A stretch of 64,000 bases of DNA from Ardenticatenia bacterium (GTDB lineage: Bacteria; Chloroflexota; Anaerolineae; 4572-78; NAK82), in the NCBI GenBank assembly GCA_003130875.1, contig QEXY01000123.1, positions 16,673-80,672 on the forward strand. Direction: 5' to 3'. Positions 62,935 to 64,000 of the stretch are shown here, one piece after another. The notes under the pieces were generated by a model. The model saw nothing but the letters and a program-made list of their open reading frames with translations. It had not been told where the DNA came from and did not search any database. The position numbers were made by a program, and so were the translations under genes. Position 1 is the first letter of the stretch. Every line of letters starts with the position of its first letter.

Positions 62935-62973
62935 AAGGTCGTGAAATTTGTAACATGGGAGCATGGACGAAGC

Positions 62974-63927
62974 TTGCATTTGCGTGCTCTGAGTGGGATG
63001 TTCGCAGCCCTGATCATGTTAACAGCGTGTTTGCCGTGGGGGGGCGGTGTCCGTGAACAGCGCTTGCGGGTGGGTTTGTTGCCCATCCTCGACACATTGC
63101 CCTTCTATGTGGCAGAGCAGAGGGGTTATTTTCAAGTGGAAGGGGTCACGGTCGAGCTCGTTCCTGTGAAGGGGGCGCAGGAGCGCGATGCCCTGATGCA
63201 GGCGGGTGAGATCGATGGCATGTTGACCGATCTGGTTGCAGTTGGCCTTTTCAACCGTGAGAAGGCGCAGCTGCACGTGATCGCCACTGCGTTACGCGCG
63301 ACTCCTGATGCCGCTATGTTTCGTGTGTTGGCGGCGCCCGAGAGTACGCTGCGCACAGTGCAGGATCTGGCTGGCGTGACGATCGCCATCAGCCAGAACA
63401 CTATCATCGAGTATGTCACCGAGCGCCTTTTGACAACGGAAGGTCTGACGCGCGGACAAATCCAGACACTGGAGGTCAGTGCCATCCCAGTGCGTTATGA
63501 ACAGCTGATGGCTGGCCAGGTACAAGCCGCCACGCTGCCCGACCCGTTGGCATCGGGCGCCATAGCCGGCGGTGCCCATTTGATCGTGGATGACACCCGG
63601 CACAGTCAGTATTCCCAAACCGTGCTGGCTTTCTCGCACAGCAGTGTGGAGGGCAAGCCTGAAGCGGTGCGAGGCTTCCTACGCGCATGGAATCGGGCAG
63701 TGGACGACCTGAACAGTCGCCCAGCCGATTTCGCTGACCTGCTCATTGAAAAGGGCAGGGTGCCTGACAACGTGCGCGGCACCTTCCGCATGCCCCCCTT
63801 CCCCAAAGGTGACTTGCCCTCTTCGGCGGAGTGGGAGGATGTGATGCGCTGGATGGTGGAGAAAGGGTTGCTGGATCGCGCACTGCCGTATGCTGAGACG
63901 GTCTTGAGCACATTTCGCGCTCGCTGA
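62974..63927 (+). CDS. ABC substrate-binding lipoprotein, SsuA/NMT1/THI5-like
   Basis: Lipobox LTAC; LRVGLL..D.LPFYVA...GYF...GV.VELV; GQVQAATLPDP; start moved downstream of the predicted -10 (TTG 62974 or ATG 62998). Confidence 0.85.
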   Translation: MHLRALSGMFAALIMLTACLPWGGGVREQRLRVGLLPILDTLPFYVAEQRGYFQVEGVTVELVPVKGAQERDALMQAGEIDGMLTDLVAVGLFNREKAQLHVIATALRATPDAAMFRVLAAPESTLRTVQDLAGVTIAISQNTIIEYVTERLLTTEGLTRGQIQTLEVSAIPVRYEQLMAGQVQAATLPDPLASGAIAGGAHLIVDDTRHSQYSQTVLAFSHSSVEGKPEAVRGFLRAWNRAVDDLNSRPADFADLLIEKGRVPDNVRGTFRMPPFPKGDLPSSAEWEDVMRWMVEKGLLDRALPYAETVLSTFRAR

Positions 63928-64000
63928 GACAGGTTTTGACACACTATGTTGAGGAAAGCAGAGAGTTCGATGAGCACACCGATATGCACAATGGAGTTGG

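Noticed and set aside
63946-64000. Start of a downstream ORF
   Set aside because: Too short at the window edge to identify

Overview
Chromosomal segment of a GC-rich bacterium, very probably Chloroflexota/Anaerolineae (inferred from gene content such as Tad pili, a YLP-type motif and GH-SpoIID and cohesin/dockerin proteins; no database was consulted). In order: end of a Tad pilus locus (tadA/B/C), a Tat-signal hypothetical protein, a candidate antisense small RNA, an Flp pilin fused to a Cys-rich Excalibur-like tail, comF and hpf. Then a MocA-like nucleotidyltransferase with four ABC genes, a DnaQ-DinG fusion, a LivK-like binding protein, a PIG-L deacetylase, a DsrE/YedF-like protein, a two-repeat secreted protein and an ISAs1 relic. 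Then dnaA without an adjacent dnaN, an OmpR-type two-component system, a GH-SpoIID fusion coupled to xseAB, tatA and a dipeptidase. Then an envelope trio (LysM-LTD, PGRP-like amidase-cohesin-dockerin, cohesin-dockerin), a ParB-USP fusion, malQ with a GT-C/YfhO/flippase glycosylation cluster, a PQQ sugar dehydrogenase, a Zn-ribbon protein and Fur. Finally degenerate M24/M20/cyclase genes converging on a ROK-controlled sugar catabolic operon with tandem NagB-like paralogs, and a NarL-type two-component system with an ABC binding lipoprotein. No rRNA, tRNA or CRISPR array was seen. Best leads: a cohesin-dockerin surface scaffold with an apparently non-catalytic peptidoglycan-binding domain; an Flp-Excalibur pilin between tad and comF; a promoter- and terminator-bounded structured RNA at about 3281-3378; and an unassigned amino-sugar conjugate catabolic pathway.
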